Positions 49,266 to 61,900 are shown, numbered from the stretch's first letter. The stretch: 64,000 nucleotides of DNA from Lama glama (GCA_028534125.1 CM052821.1:56358001-56422000); one strand, 5' to 3'. Numbers and translations: made by a program. Notes: generated from the letters alone by a model not told the origin.

Positions 49266-49452
49266 AACAGTTCTCAACTGGGTCACTTTGCTCCCTCGGG
49301 GACGTGGCGATGCCTGGAGCCACTCCTGACCATCACGAATCGGGGGGTGCTACTCTGTCTGCTCACGTCTGGGGGCGCTGAACCCCCCGGACACACAGGG
49401 CAGCCCCTCACCACGGCTGTCTCTCCTCCACTGCGAAGCTTGACAAAGCCCA
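49266..49452 (+). mobile_element. MER20 (hAT-Charlie) MITE
   Basis: 'gttctcaactggg...tttgctccctcggggacgtggcgatgcctggag...ggggggtgctact...cacagggcagcccc...ttgacaaagccc'. Confidence 0.85.
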
Positions 49453-50309
49453 CTGGTGATTAATTAGCTGTAATGTTTGAGATGCTCAAAGTTAGGCAAA
49501 GCAGGAAAGACACAAGACGTGTTTGCTGCAAAGCACTGAGATGAGTGTTCGCGCGTCAGCTTGGATGAAAGGCTGGGGTGTGACTCACAGGAACTAGCAG
49601 TGAAGGTGTCAGAAACACATCTGTTTCGGAAGAACCAGCCCCTCCCCGTTCGCATGGTGTAGACCGAGGGGAGCAGGCTGAGGCGGCCGAGTGCCCGCGA
49701 AACAGCCCCCGTTCCCCTCCTTCCCTGAGCCTGCCCTGCAGGCGGTGGGTCCAGGGCAGGTGATGTGCTGGCTGCCCTGGTCTCCCGGGAGGAAGGAGCC
49801 TTCCCCTGGCCAGGAGGCCGGAACGTCACCATGGCTGGCGTTGGAGGCGGGAGGGAGGACCCAGGTCCCCAAAGGTCAGTCCAGAAGAGCTGCCGACTGG
49901 GGATCGCCCCCCCACCCCCGGGTAATGAGGAAACGCCCTCCTGGGGGACAGCCCACAGCGAGGCTGCATCCGCGCCCTCGGACTGCCCCGGGGCAGCGGG
50001 CGGAGAGTGTGGGCCACTGGGGACCAGCCCGGGGACCAGGCGTGGCCGCACATCCCTCCCCGTGTGCAGACCACAGCCTCAGAGGGTCTCAGACAGGACC
50101 CACCCTCTCGGAACCTCGGCCGGCCGGGGTGGCTGTGGGCGGGGTGCACGTACGGTCTGGGTTCTGACAATCAGTCACATCGCGAGCTCGCGTGACACGT
50201 GGCCGGTTCCCTGGGCATCTCGGGGCACCGCACCTGCGGCCACCACGTCTCCCCACGCCCGTCCCTGGGGTCTCTGCTGGCCCCAGAGATAGAACTTTCT
50301 TTCATTTCT

Positions 50310-51060
50310 TGATTTATTAAACTTTTTTAAACCTTAGGACAGTTTCGGATTTGCTGAGAAGTTGCCAAGACTGCACAGTATCCTCCGCCCCAGTCCCCCG
50401 CTCGCCGGCCCCTCGGGTGACTTAGTGACACTTGTTGCGATGAATGACATCAGCACGTCAGCACGCCGTCACAGACTGAGTCCCCAAGCTGCGGGGTTTC
50501 CTGCGTTTTCACCCGGTCATGTCCCTTTTCCGCCCCAGACCCACCCAGGGCACATGAACCAGCCGTCTCGTCTCCTCGGCTCCCTCTGCCCGTTTCTCGG
50601 ATTTTCCTCGGTTCTGGTGGCCTGACAGCTTTCTGGACAACTGGTCGGGAACCTCGCAGGGCGGCTCTGCCCAGCATTCCGGCCACTTTTCCCACGGTTA
50701 GAGCGAGGTCATTGGTGCTGGAGGCAGGTCGCAGAGGCCAAGGAGGGACACGCGCCCTCACGGGGAAACCACCGGTGCTGACAGGAGGGCTCTGCAGGTG
50801 GGGACGGTGTTTCCTGGCCCCGCAGCACCCAAGGCTGAGGTGCCGTGTCCCGTGGGCTCAGAGAGGGTCCCGGCAGACGGCCAGGGCTGGTCACGAGGGA
50901 GTGGCCGGGCCGGACGCAGGCTCCACTCACCGTCCCACTGTGATACCTGGCGGTCACCCCGCCACCTGTGCAGGGGCCTGGGCCCCTGGGCTGTTTCTCT
51001 CTTGAGACCGTGGAGGGCGGGGCTGTCACAGCACAATTGTCACTCTTGTGTCCGGTGGAG
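50310..51060 (-). mobile_element. L1MD2/L1MC3-like 3' end
   Basis: 'cagtttcggatttgctgagaagttgccaag', 'atgtcccttttccgccccagacccacccagg', 'tttctcggattttcctcggttctggtggcctgacagctttctggacaactggtc'. Confidence 0.8.
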
Positions 51061-54000
51061 TCTTTCCCGACGTCACTGTCACCCCCGCTCAAACCTCAGG
51101 GAACGCCCTGGAGGGGTGAGGACGCGTAGGCACCTCCCCCTCCCGAGGCACGGTTCTGTTTTGGAGAAAGCTGGGCTCTGTCCCCTGAATTTCCTCCAGG
51201 AAAAGAAGTGCAAATCAAATCCAGGCGAGGTGCTGGGGTCCCATGGCCCCTCTGGGTCTGTGATGAGCCGGCTGGGCAGTCCCGGCCGCGGGTCAGAGCA
51301 GGGCCGTGGGGAGGACGGAGGACAGCGGTCACTGAGCTACTGCAGGTCGCCTGGAAATGTGGCCGGGGCCACGTCCTGGGAGGTCCTGCTTCCTGAGAGT
51401 GGACGCAGGGCTGCAGACCGTCGGGGTGGGAGGCTGCCGTTCTGTTACAAGCCCTTCCCCAATCTCTTACTGCAGAGTTCTTTGGTGTGGAACACAAATC
51501 AGTAAGTAAGTAAGAGACGCAGCTGGGTGTCCGTCATCTCGGTCGCTGGGACCAGGTGATGAAGTTTCGAGCAAAGGCCACACGAAGCGTCTGAGCCGCT
51601 GGTTCTTCCAGAACTGATGCCTCAGTTTCACTCGTTTCCAGTCAAGATTCCGAGGGACTGGGCAGGACGTGACAAAGTGATCCTGGCGGTCTGTTGGGAA
51701 AACAAGCAGGCTGAGCCCCGACGATGGCCTTGAGCTCACGGGCGTGGCTGGGTGTCAGCCTCCCTGCGGCCAGAGGGCTCCCCCTGCGTGCGGAGGTGCT
51801 GCCCACGGCGTCCAGAGACCCCACGGAGCTCGGGGTGAAGGCTGCATGCTCAGGGTGCTTGTGAGGTCCTGCACGGCCAGGAGCCAGCTGACCACCCCAC
51901 CCCGCTCCACTCACACCCAAAGTCTTCACCCCCCAACCTCCACCAGCACTGCACCCACGGCGCCCCCCACCCTCCCAGCAGAACCAGATCCAAACCACAG
52001 CTGCCTCCTCACCGCCACCCTCTCCTCCCACATGGGGTCAAGTAAATACAAATCTGGATGAGATGATAGTCAGGACCTGGGACACCCCCAAAACCCAGCA
52101 GGAAGAGCCTCCCTGGGCGCTCAGCAGGGCCGGAGCATGGCCTGGGCACTGCGGCAGGAGTGCGCCTCCCAGTGGCCACACGTCCTCGGGATGAGCTGAC
52201 TGGCGGGGGCAGGGGGCGTTCTGCCTGAGTCCCGCCCTGACTCCCGTCCAGGGAGAGGAGCCTGGCTGCCGTGACCCCTTCCTGCAAGACCACGGCCACC
52301 TGGAACCAAGAGTGACCCATGGAGGAAGGGCAGGCCCCTTCGCGGGCTCAGGAGGCGTGACTGAGGCCCGGGACTCCTGGGCGGGCTGGCACTCGGCTGG
52401 GGGCGCGGGGCAGATCTACATACTGGCTTGAAGGAAGGGAGAATGTTTGGGGAAAATAAGGCACATTGACCTAGAGAGAACTAGGAGACGCGGCTTCGTC
52501 TATAAGCCCGAGTGTCAGGACACGTCCCCGTCGGAGCCGCAGGGGCTTATGCTGACGGCGGCCCCAGTGGGCCTGCGGTCTTCCGGGTCACCCTGGGCAG
52601 CTCCATGGGACAACGCAGGCGTCCAGAGCGCTGCGGCTGCCGCCCAGCAGCCCAGGCCGAAAGCAGAGCAGCTTGCCCTCACCGCGGGGACGCAGGGCGT
52701 CGGTTCTAGTTGGCGCTGCCAGCCCTGAGGCGGCCCTTCGTGTCTCACGGGCCGCCTAACAGCCGCCAGCGCCCCGCCACATCGGGCTCCAGCCGAATTG
52801 CTCCGCACAGCCTCCAGGGTAAACAGCCGCCGAGTGGCGGCCGGGCCCCCGGCACGGCCTTGCTCGGGGGCGTCTGCGGCCAGACCGCTGATCCAGCGGA
52901 ACACCGACCACGTCGGCAAGACGATCAGTCGACCTGGTGATTTGCCCCGAAAGCTGCCTCGCCCTTCACTCCAGGCTGCGGCGCCCAGAGTCCTCCGGGA
53001 ACGCCCAGCCGCCCCGAGTCGGCCCGAGTCAGCCGTCTTCAGAGCTGCCGCCAAGGGAGCAGGCCTCAGAGAAGTCTGCCCGGCCCCGCCTCTGCCCGGT
53101 GCCGGGGGCGCATGCCCGCCGCTCCGCCTGGCCAGCTGCGCGGCCCCACCGCCCGGCCCCACCTCCGCGGCTGGAGCGCACGGTTGCTCTCGGCTGCTGC
53201 CTGATGTGGCCCCAAGTTAGAGGCTCATCCCGGCTCACAGCCTCGCGGTTCTGTGGGTGCTCGCAGCCGGTCCTCATCTGCGGCTCCACCAGGCGAGGAG
53301 GTGACCCCGAGCTCCCTCGAGTTCCAGGAATAATCTGCTTGCCCGGCTGCAGCACGAGGCCCTGGCTCCCCGAGGCCCTGGCTCCCCGCCGGCTCTGCCC
53401 CAGGTCGCCCTCGGCTCCTCGAAGCCGCCCCACCTCCAGCCACGGGGCCGCGTCCCTCTCACAACGTGACAGGCTCCTCCCGAGACAGCAGTGAGGACAC
53501 GGGAAGATGGCTCCCGCGATGGCGTAACCCAGTCACAGGGGTGACACCTCCCCTCCCCACGCTCCACCCGGAGCTGTGGGCCACCTTCCCCACCCACCCA
53601 AGGGGAGAAAGTGCCAGGGCACCGTCACCGGGAGGCGGGGACCGTGGACTCTGTCCCGGCACAACTCAAGAGCAACCGCAGGGAACACGGCCACAACCCA
53701 ACAAGCGTCATTTTTAGAAACGGGCGGCAGGCTGGGCTGAGGGCCAGATTCGGGGCACACCTTTGAGAATAACAATCAACTATGAGAATGGGCTGATCGG
53801 CCCTGCTGTTAGTAGCAGGTGGGTTATAACTGCAGCCACGAAGTGATGCGCTTATCAGGCTAGACAGACAGGAAGCAGGTGTCGGTTCTGTTTTTGCCCG
53901 AGGGCATGGAAGGACAGGAAGGCTCCCGATGTCACACCCGGCATTTGTGACACTGCCGGGAACAGAGCCGGTCGTGCGAGCGCTCCCGGGGACCCTCGCT

Positions 54001-56339
54001 GGTCCCTTAGCTGGAGCCGCTCTGCCCGGGCCCCACCCCCGGGGCTGCGGGCTGCTCTTCGAGGTCTCCTGGGCCTTGTCCGTCCTCACTTCCCTCGACT
54101 TGGCGGAGCCCCCCTTCCGTCTCAGGCTCCTACGTCTCAGGCGCCGACCCATCTCACTGTCACGTCAGCTGGTGCGTGAACACGTCCCCGGTGGGGAGGG
54201 AAGGCAGGACTCGGGGAAGGAAGATTTGGACGACAGGCCCCCACCATCGAAAACCCGTGACGGTCTTGGCTGATTCGGGTGGGAAATGAAAAGCGCGAAC
54301 TCTCAACCTGGCGAGACACAGATTCAAGTATTTCCATTCTGAAAGCAATCCGCCAGCCGGGGAGCGAAGCGTGGGCTCAGGCCCGCCGCTTCGTACCAAC
54401 AATTCTTCTCTCCTGGCCCCGCTGTAGGGGCAGGGCCCCAGGTCTGGCTCTGCTGGGGAGGGACGCCCGTGGACGGAGAGCTTCGCTCCAGTGCCCAGCG
54501 CCCGCCCACATGGTCCTGAGATGCAGGGCCCTCCCGCCAGGGCCCGTTCGTGCGCCGTGGGGCATTTTGCTGTTGACTCATTAGCAGATTGGCTGGCTGT
54601 CCCTCGGGCCGGGCTGCCTGCGGAGGCGGAGGAAGCCCCGTCCGCCCCACCTCACAAGCCCTGCCGCTGCCCCCCCTCCGCCCCCAAGGGAGTCTCTGCT
54701 GGAGGGGTCCGCCCGCCCGCCGGCCCGTCCCCCTCAGACGCGTCAGAGGTCCTCAGCTTCCCCAGCCTCGCGCCGCCCGCCAAGTGCATCCCGGGTCTCA
54801 GCCCCTCTGGGCCCAAGTGGCTCCAACCTCTGCCATTCCCTGAGGACTTTTTCAATTTAACTTCTGAAATAATAGGTGGCTTCTGAGTCTTTTCAAATGA
54901 CACAGATTATTTCTTCTGCTAATTATCCTGGAGAAAAGTGATGAGGGGGCAGGAACACAGGTGGGGGCTGGGGGTGGGGGGGCAGGAGCACAGAGGGGGG
55001 TTGGGGGGACGGGGACTCTGAGCTCAGGGCTCTGAGGCTCAGGATCGGAACACCTGATGCTGATGCTGTTGGAAAGAGGGGACCTGGCCCCCAACTACGA
55101 AGGGCCCTCAGGCAGGATGACCCAGGAGGCTGCCTGCGAGGACCGTGCTCCTAACAGAAGAGGCGGCCGTGCACCTGTGCACAGGAGCACCCGACCAGGC
55201 TGGCTGGGGGAAGCCACTTGGTGACTCAGGGGCTTGCGTCATCCGAGCCCGAAGAAAACACCGGTGTCAGGGCCCCGCACCCCTTTCCCGGCCACCGGCA
55301 GAGCTGCTGAGGCTCCGAGCGCAGAGTGCGGTGGGACGGGGAGTGGCTGGTCCCCGGCCTGCCTCGCTCAGGCCAGGGTTGCCATGGAAACTCCGCAGGC
55401 TCCTCAGAGAATTCCCCGGTGGTCTAATTTGAAGCTGCGAATCACCAGTAAACACCCAAGTAAAATAACCTTCTGCTTAAAAAGAGCTGGGCTCCCATTA
55501 GCAAATTAGGTAAATGGTCTCTGAAGACGGTGCAGGACGTGGAGACAAGACAGGACAAAGGGAAGTCGACCTGTGAACTCAGAGGCAGCCCTCAGGGGGA
55601 AGACACTGGTCACTGCTCGTGGGAGAAGCCGCCATGTCCACTTCGGTGCTTGGGGGGCGACAGCAAGGCCCCTTCCCAGGATGCTCTTCTGTGACAGCCA
55701 CGCCATCCACACGGGAACATGGGCAAACACTAGGGATGTGAACGTGGAGGCAGGGCTTCCATGTCACTGATACCCACGTGTAAAAAGCAAGGCAGTGCTC
55801 CCGGCGGACACTCAATTTTACATCCAATAAGGATGCCATTTATTCGTGGGTTTCTTCCCCAAATACATATTGAGAACCTCCTGTCGACGTGTCACAGGCT
55901 CAGAGGAGCACAGGCCCCTTTCTGGGGTGTTGGTGGAGCTCAGGGGCTGAGGGCGGGGGCAGGAGAGTGGGTCTGATGTGTGGGTGTCAGGACGCAGGCA
56001 GTGAGGAACAGCCTGTGTGGGTGGAGCCCCAGACGTCCCGGGGAGACGGGCGGGAGCTGGGACGTCCGCCACGACCAGGGTGGCATCTGTCCAGGCTTGA
56101 GGACGATCTCGGGGGACACCCGTTGTCTCCACCCCGGAGGTGGCCTGGTTTGGGTGAGAAGGTGTCGCCTTAGCCATGATGGAATTTGCCCCGGGCGTCT
56201 ATTTATCTGGGCCGTACCTTTCCCTATGTTAAAAATCTCTATAAAAGAACAGAATTTAACCATTTAAAGCTTGATGTTAACAGTGGCCAGAGTCAGACTG
56301 TAAAGGCAGAATTCTAAAATTAAGCACACCGCCCCCACT

Positions 56340-57260
56340 TTTGTTATGTTTCTAAACCTGCCTGATGGACATAAAGTCGACACACAGTGTCCTGCCCGGA
56401 TTTGCACCGTACACGCTGCTAAGTCTCGACGTGGGAGCACACCTGTGAAAGCAGCACCACGACCCAGCAAATGAGCACGTGATTCACCCCAAAGGTTTCC
56501 TTGGGGACCTTCCCTCCAGCTGCCGTCTGTCCCCGACGTTGGCCCGCACCGACTGGGGTGGTCTGTGAGTGACCCCCCACCGTCCGCAGCGCCCGCCCGG
56601 GTGCTGTCAGCGTGCCTCGCCGTCTGGAGACTCACCCGTGTTACCGCCTGTGTCAACACTGCATTCATGCTTCCCCTGAAAAGTGCCCCTGGCAGGGACA
56701 CAAGCATTTGTTTATCTGTCCCTTTGTCAATGGACATTCGTATTTTTTTCCAGTTTTTGACCACTGCAAATGAAGCCGCTATGAATACTCATTTTCAAGT
56801 CTTTACAGGAGCAAACGATGCCGCTTCTTTCAGGGAAACCCCCGGAGCGGGCTGTGAGCAGCGGCCAGATCGTTTTCCTAAGCGGTCGTGGCATTTTCCG
56901 TTCCCTCCAGGAGCTCCCGCAGTCCTCGCCATTCGTGCGTATTTTTTTGTCTTGTTTCCTGCAACCTTTTAAAATTCACTTCTTAGCTCACTCGTTAGTT
57001 CTAGGAGCTTCTTTGGAGATCCTGTCTGACTCTGCGCAGAGGATCATATCGTCCGTGAACAAAGACGTACTGCCTCTTTCTTTATGGACAGATTCCTTGT
57101 GCCTCTTTTCTTGCCTTATTACGTTGCCTCAGATCTCCAGCACAGAGGTGAACAGAAGTGGTGAGAACAGACACCTTTCACTTCTTCTAACCATGAGGGG
57201 GATCATTTGCTCTTTTACCCGTGAGTGTGGTGTTAGCTGTAGGTTCTTCAAAGCTGCAGA
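56340..57260 (-). mobile_element. Old L1 (L1MD/ME-like) 3'UTR and ORF2, part 1
   Basis: 'caatggacattcgtatttttttccagtttttgaccactgcaaatgaagccgctatgaata', 'gatcatatcgtccgtgaacaaagac', 'gtgttagctgtaggtt'. Confidence 0.85.
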
Positions 57261-57264
57261 TTGG

Positions 57265-57828
57265 TCGGACTGAGGGTGCAGAGAAAGGGAACCCCCGTGC
57301 CCTGCTGGTGGGGTGCAAATTGGTGCAGCCACTCCGGAAAAAGTACGGAGGTTCCTCAGGAAATTAAAAAGAAGACTACCACGTGATCCAGGAATTCCTT
57401 GTGGGGGTTTTTATCTGAAGAAAATAAGAACACTAATTTGAAAAGACACCTGCACCCCAATGGTCATAGCAGCACTATTTACAATATCCAAGACATGGAA
57501 GCACCTAAATGTCCACTGACAGATGACTGGATAAAGTTGTGTGTGTGTGTGTATACAACAGAGTGCTACTCAGTCATAAAAAAAGAATGAAGTCTTGCCA
57601 TTTGGGATACCATAGATGGACCTTGAAGGTGTTATGCTATGTAAAATAAGTCAGATAAATACGGCATGATTTCTTTTATGCAGAATCTAAAAACATTAAA
57701 AGTCAAAACATAAAAATAAAAAGCTCATAGATACAGAGAACAGATTGGTGGTGGCCACAGGTGGCGATTGGGGTGGGAGAGATGGCTGAACAGAATGAAA
57801 AGGTAAAACGTTTTTTAACTAAAAAACA
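57265..57828 (+). mobile_element. Younger L1 3' end inserted antisense into the older L1
   Basis: 'gcaaattggtgcagccact', 'catagcagcactatttacaatatccaagacatggaagcacctaaatgtcca', 'aagctcatagatacagagaacagattggtgg'. Confidence 0.9.
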
Positions 57829-57829
57829 A

Positions 57830-58229
57830 GACATGGCATCTCTTTTATATATTATCTGAACTAATTTGCTAAATTTGTGTTTAGAATTTGTGCCTTTATA
57901 GTCACGAGGGGCATGGGTTTGCAGTTTGACTGTAATGCTGCTGTTTTTTGTACCAGGGTAAAGCTGGCCTCATGGATTTAATTCAGGAGTATTGCCTTCT
58001 TTTTCATTTTTGGAAGAATTTGTGTGGAAAGGACATTATTTCTCCCTTGAGTGTCCGGGGGGATTCACCGCTGGAGTCACCGGGGCCTGGGTCCCTTTGT
58101 GGGAAAGTTTCCAGGCCCAGATTCGATTTCTAAAGTAGCGGTAAGGGTAGTCACACCCCCGTTTCTTCTCGAGCACCTCGATGCGCGGTGTCTTTTAGGG
58201 AACGTGTCCATTTCACCCGAGCGGTTTAA
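57830..58229 (-). mobile_element. Old L1 ORF2, part 2 (runs into gap)
   Basis: 'ccagggtaaagctggcctcat', 'gattcaccgctggagtcaccggggcctgg', 'aggaacgtgtccatttca'-like block. Confidence 0.85.
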
Positions 58230-58729
58230 NNNNNNNNNNNNNNNNNNNNNNNNNNNNNNNNNNNNNNNNNNNNNNNNNNNNNNNNNNNNNNNNNNNNNNN
58301 NNNNNNNNNNNNNNNNNNNNNNNNNNNNNNNNNNNNNNNNNNNNNNNNNNNNNNNNNNNNNNNNNNNNNNNNNNNNNNNNNNNNNNNNNNNNNNNNNNNN
58401 NNNNNNNNNNNNNNNNNNNNNNNNNNNNNNNNNNNNNNNNNNNNNNNNNNNNNNNNNNNNNNNNNNNNNNNNNNNNNNNNNNNNNNNNNNNNNNNNNNNN
58501 NNNNNNNNNNNNNNNNNNNNNNNNNNNNNNNNNNNNNNNNNNNNNNNNNNNNNNNNNNNNNNNNNNNNNNNNNNNNNNNNNNNNNNNNNNNNNNNNNNNN
58601 NNNNNNNNNNNNNNNNNNNNNNNNNNNNNNNNNNNNNNNNNNNNNNNNNNNNNNNNNNNNNNNNNNNNNNNNNNNNNNNNNNNNNNNNNNNNNNNNNNNN
58701 NNNNNNNNNNNNNNNNNNNNNNNNNNNNN
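58230..58729. other. Assembly gap (500 N)
   Basis: Run of exactly 500 N. Confidence 1.
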
Positions 58730-58739
58730 TGTTAATCTT

Positions 58740-59550
58740 TGCTTTTTCCAACTAAGACGTATTGACAAACAAAATTACAAACATTTTACATGTTCAGTTT
58801 GAGGACGTTTAGCGATTGCACACGCCTGTGTAACCGTCACCCAAAACGGGGTGTCAGAGCCGCCCCCTCCAGAAAGTCTCCCGGCCCTTCCACGTGTGTT
58901 TTTTATTATTCTGTACTTAATTTTTACTGAAGTCTGGTTGCCGGACACCGCTGCGTCAGCTTCCGGTGGGCGGCACCGCGATTCGGGCAGACGTGTGCGC
59001 ACACCGCTCCTCTTCAGGTTCTTTTCCGTTGCAGGTTATACAAGGTGCTGGATGCGGTGCCCTGTGCTGCCCAGCAGGTCCTTGTTGTCTGTCTGTCTTA
59101 CACACGGTAGCGTGTGTCTGCCAAGCCCAGACTCCCAGTTTATCCCTCCCCTCTCCCCACCGTGACCCTACGTTTGTTTTCTGCGTCTGTGAGTCGGCTT
59201 CTGTTTTGTGAACACGCTCACTCGTCTCATTTTTCCAGACTCCGCGTGTACACCGCGTCCCGTGACGTTTGCCTTTCTCGTCTGCCCCGTTCCCCTTCCG
59301 TCCCGCCCCCACCAGTAACCGGCTTCTGCCGCCACAGACCGGTTTGCCTGTGTTTGGATTTGTACCAGCAGAAACGCACTGTGTGCGTATTGGTCCTCGC
59401 TCCGTTGCCAAGCAAGTTCTGAGGTCCATCCGTGTGGGCGCACGCCCGGCCGTGGCCCTCGGTGACCGGCTGCCTCGCCCCGAGCACAGGGCTCTCGGCG
59501 GCGTCCTTGGGGTCGTGCGCAGCCCTTCACCCCTTTTATTGCCACTTACC
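58740..59550 (-). mobile_element. Old L1 (L1ME/MB-like) 3' end split by a younger L1
   Basis: 'gcctgtgtaaccgtcacccaaaac...ccagaaagtctcccggcccttcc', resuming at about 59285 with 'accggtttgcctgtgtttggatttg...ttctgaggtccatccgtgt'. Confidence 0.7.
58895..59284 (-). mobile_element. Cetartiodactyl/camelid L1 3' end (nested, GC-shifted)
   Basis: 'tttttactgaagtctggttg...ccctgtgctgcccagcaggtccttgttg...cccagactcccagtttatccctccc...gtctgtgagtcggcttctgttttgtgaa'. Confidence 0.9.
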
Positions 59551-59859
59551 TTTCTACCCTGTGGCCCCTCCACCCTTTCTCCCTGCTCTCGTCTGCCAGG
59601 ACGGTGAGTGGCTTTTTAGGGGAAAAGGAGAATAAAAGAAACAAGTAAATGTGTGCCATCCACACTCTGTTTAGGGAATAGACTGAAGGAAAAGAAAAGG
59701 GGACCACCGGCTGAGATGGAAAAGGGGCTGCCGAGTGGCGTGGCGGCAACGGAAACACCAGAGGGCGGGGTGAAGGGAGGGTGTGCGCCTGCGGGGCGCT
59801 GCTTTCAAATCTCAGGGGAACGCAGCAGCCGGAACGCGGGGAGGGAGGGGGCAGGTGAG

Positions 59860-59960
59860 GCGGGCAGAGATGGGGATTCACGGCCTGATCGTCACCTGCT
59901 CTGCGTGCACCTTCTCCAAACCTCAGTTTCCCCACTGAAGACGGAGAGGTGCCTGCTGTT
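59860..59960 (+). mobile_element. MIR fragment
   Basis: 'caccttctccaaacctcagtttccccactgaagacggag'. Confidence 0.6.
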
Positions 59961-60446
59961 CGGGGCCGGGGTGCTGGCAACCTGCCCGGCAGCTGAGCCT
60001 GAGCCCCTCCCCAGGGGCTCAGGATTACGGGTGCGGGGAGGCCCTGGGGAGGGGACAGGACCGGGGCTCGGGACCACGGCTGGGCCGTGGCGCCCCTGCT
60101 GCGGGAGGACCCGGCCGGGTCAGCCGAGAGGGGCCCCTCGGGGCGGGGCAGCCAGAGCCTGGAGCGGCCCAGGTCTCCGTGGGCGGGGGCTGCAAAGGCA
60201 CCCGGAGGCGCGTCTGGATGGGCAGAGACGCGCCCACACAGGCCTCCCTCCCCTTCCGCAGAGCACCTGCTCACAGCAGGGGTTCCACGCCTGCTCGAGA
60301 ACGACTCAAAGCCAAGGCCGCCGCCGTCCTTGGAGCAGGAGCCACGCGCGGTCACACAGCCTGAAGGAGCCGCGTGCACAACGCCAGAGTCTTATTAGAC
60401 AACAGCACCTTCTGTTTGTGGACTTGTTACATTGTTCTCTTCCCCA

Positions 60447-60692
60447 CTTTTGTTTTAACCGAAGCACAGTCGGTTTACAGCGCGGTGCCGGTTTCTGGTG
60501 TGCAGCACCACGCTCAGCCACGCATGCCCACACGTATGTTCGTTTCATATCCTTTTTCACTGTGGGTTCCCTCACAACACTGAATATGGCTCCCTGTGCT
60601 GTGCAGCAGAAACTTACGGTTTATCTATTCTATATACGGTAGTTAGTATCTGCAAATCTCGAACTCCCGATTTACCCCTTTCCACCCCCTTT
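60447..60692 (-). mobile_element. Camelid L1 3' end
   Basis: 'actgaatatggctccctgtgctgtgcagcagaaactt...tttatctattctatatacggtagttagtatctgcaaatctcgaactccc'. Confidence 0.9.
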
Positions 60693-61199
60693 AAAACGCT
60701 AGACTGTATCTGCCATCCCAGAAGGGGGAGGGGAGGCTAGAACGCCGTCGCACGCCCGGGGGCAGGGTGGCTGCGTGGGGTTCTGTCTGTGACCACAGAG
60801 ACGGAGGCGCAGGCCGGGGGCTCCACCTAAGGACGACCGCAGGGAGGAGCAGCGAGCAGGACACTTGCTGTCTAGACGAGCAGGGAATTCTAAGTCAGAG
60901 GAGGTGTAGCGCATGCGGCCAAAGACTGGAAATCCACGAAACAGCAAGGAGGCAAAAAAGAAAAAGCAGAATGAAGCATTTTTTTTAATTTGGAAGCGTT
61001 AAAGCAGCAAGCAGCGGACGTCCGTGAGGAAGGACAGTGGGCGCAGGAGCGGGGCCCGGCCGCGTGCGGGGTGCCACGCGCGTCACCCCTGCCCCAGCCG
61101 CGTCCTCCCGAGACCCCGAGGCCGCGGGACGCGAGGTGGGGAGGTTTGGACGAGACCCAGGCTGTGACTCGAGCCCTGCCGCCACGCAGCTCCCTGGGT

Positions 61200-61900
61200 G
61201 CGGCCACGTGACCCCCCGCCTGTCCTCTCCGCCCCGTCACGAGAGGATCACATTGACCCCGAGGCCGTGGGGAGGCTGGAGGAGCAGAGGCCCCCGGGAG
61301 ACGCTGAAGGGGCCTCCGTGTCCGGCGGCTGCGATCAGATGCCGCCCCGGGTGTTCTGTCTACTATCGGTGACAAATGTAGCCATGAGATTGAACTTGGG
61401 ACAGCAATGCGTCTATGAAATATTTAACCATCCGGGACATGAATGAAGCATGTGGGACCCTCGCCCGCCGGTCGCAGGGGCCCAAGGTCACCACATCCTC
61501 CAGTTTACGTGAGCGAGTGTCGACGCCCCGCTGGTCTTCAGCCTGGGACCCCGTGGTCGGCGCGTGTGCCCATTGGACTATTCCAGGAATACATTTGCAC
61601 ATTGATCGGCTCAGTCGTCCCTCAAATTCAAGAATGCGTTTTTGTGATTCTTTGAGCAGAGCAGGGCAGCTGAGCATCTGACTGGTCTATGTCAGCGTTT
61701 GTAGCTGAGGGGACACGAGAGAAGCTCACCCGGAAGACTCAACGTCAAAGCGAAACCCCCACAGCTGGGACGGGGCCGGGCCCTCGAAGGCCTCCCAAAG
61801 CAGCCTGCTGTCCTCGTGTTTTAACACCTGCCGTCTGATTAAGACGTAACCTGCAGCAGGTGAAGAAGCCGCGCTCCTGGTCGCTGTTGAGGCAGACTGC
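61200..61900 (+). mobile_element. Decayed hAT (Tip100/Zaphod/Arthur-like) transposase relic
   Basis: Ordered motif remnants across frameshifts: EGASVSG (61306-61326, cf. DGAxxMSG), C-S-H/RLNL (about 61377-61398, cf. CxxHxLNL), LRERVSTPRWSSAWD (about 61505-61549, cf. LKxLxxTRWSSRxD). Confidence 0.5.

Noticed and set aside
52700-52720. CTCF-like site (ttctagttggcgctg)
   Set aside because: Lacks the conserved CC at the 5' end of the core, so the match is too weak to call by eye.
58051-58768. ORFs spanning the second N-run
   Set aside because: Gap artefact, flanked by L1 relics.
59653-60642. Longest ORF in the track (329 aa, +)
   Set aside because: Low-complexity G/P/R/A content, non-ATG start, and it runs through a MIR and an antisense L1 3'UTR; no recognisable domain.
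60990-61340. CpG-island promoter
   Set aside because: CpG richness is window-wide and here overlaps a probable transposon relic, so it is better explained by GC-biased substitution; no associated gene.
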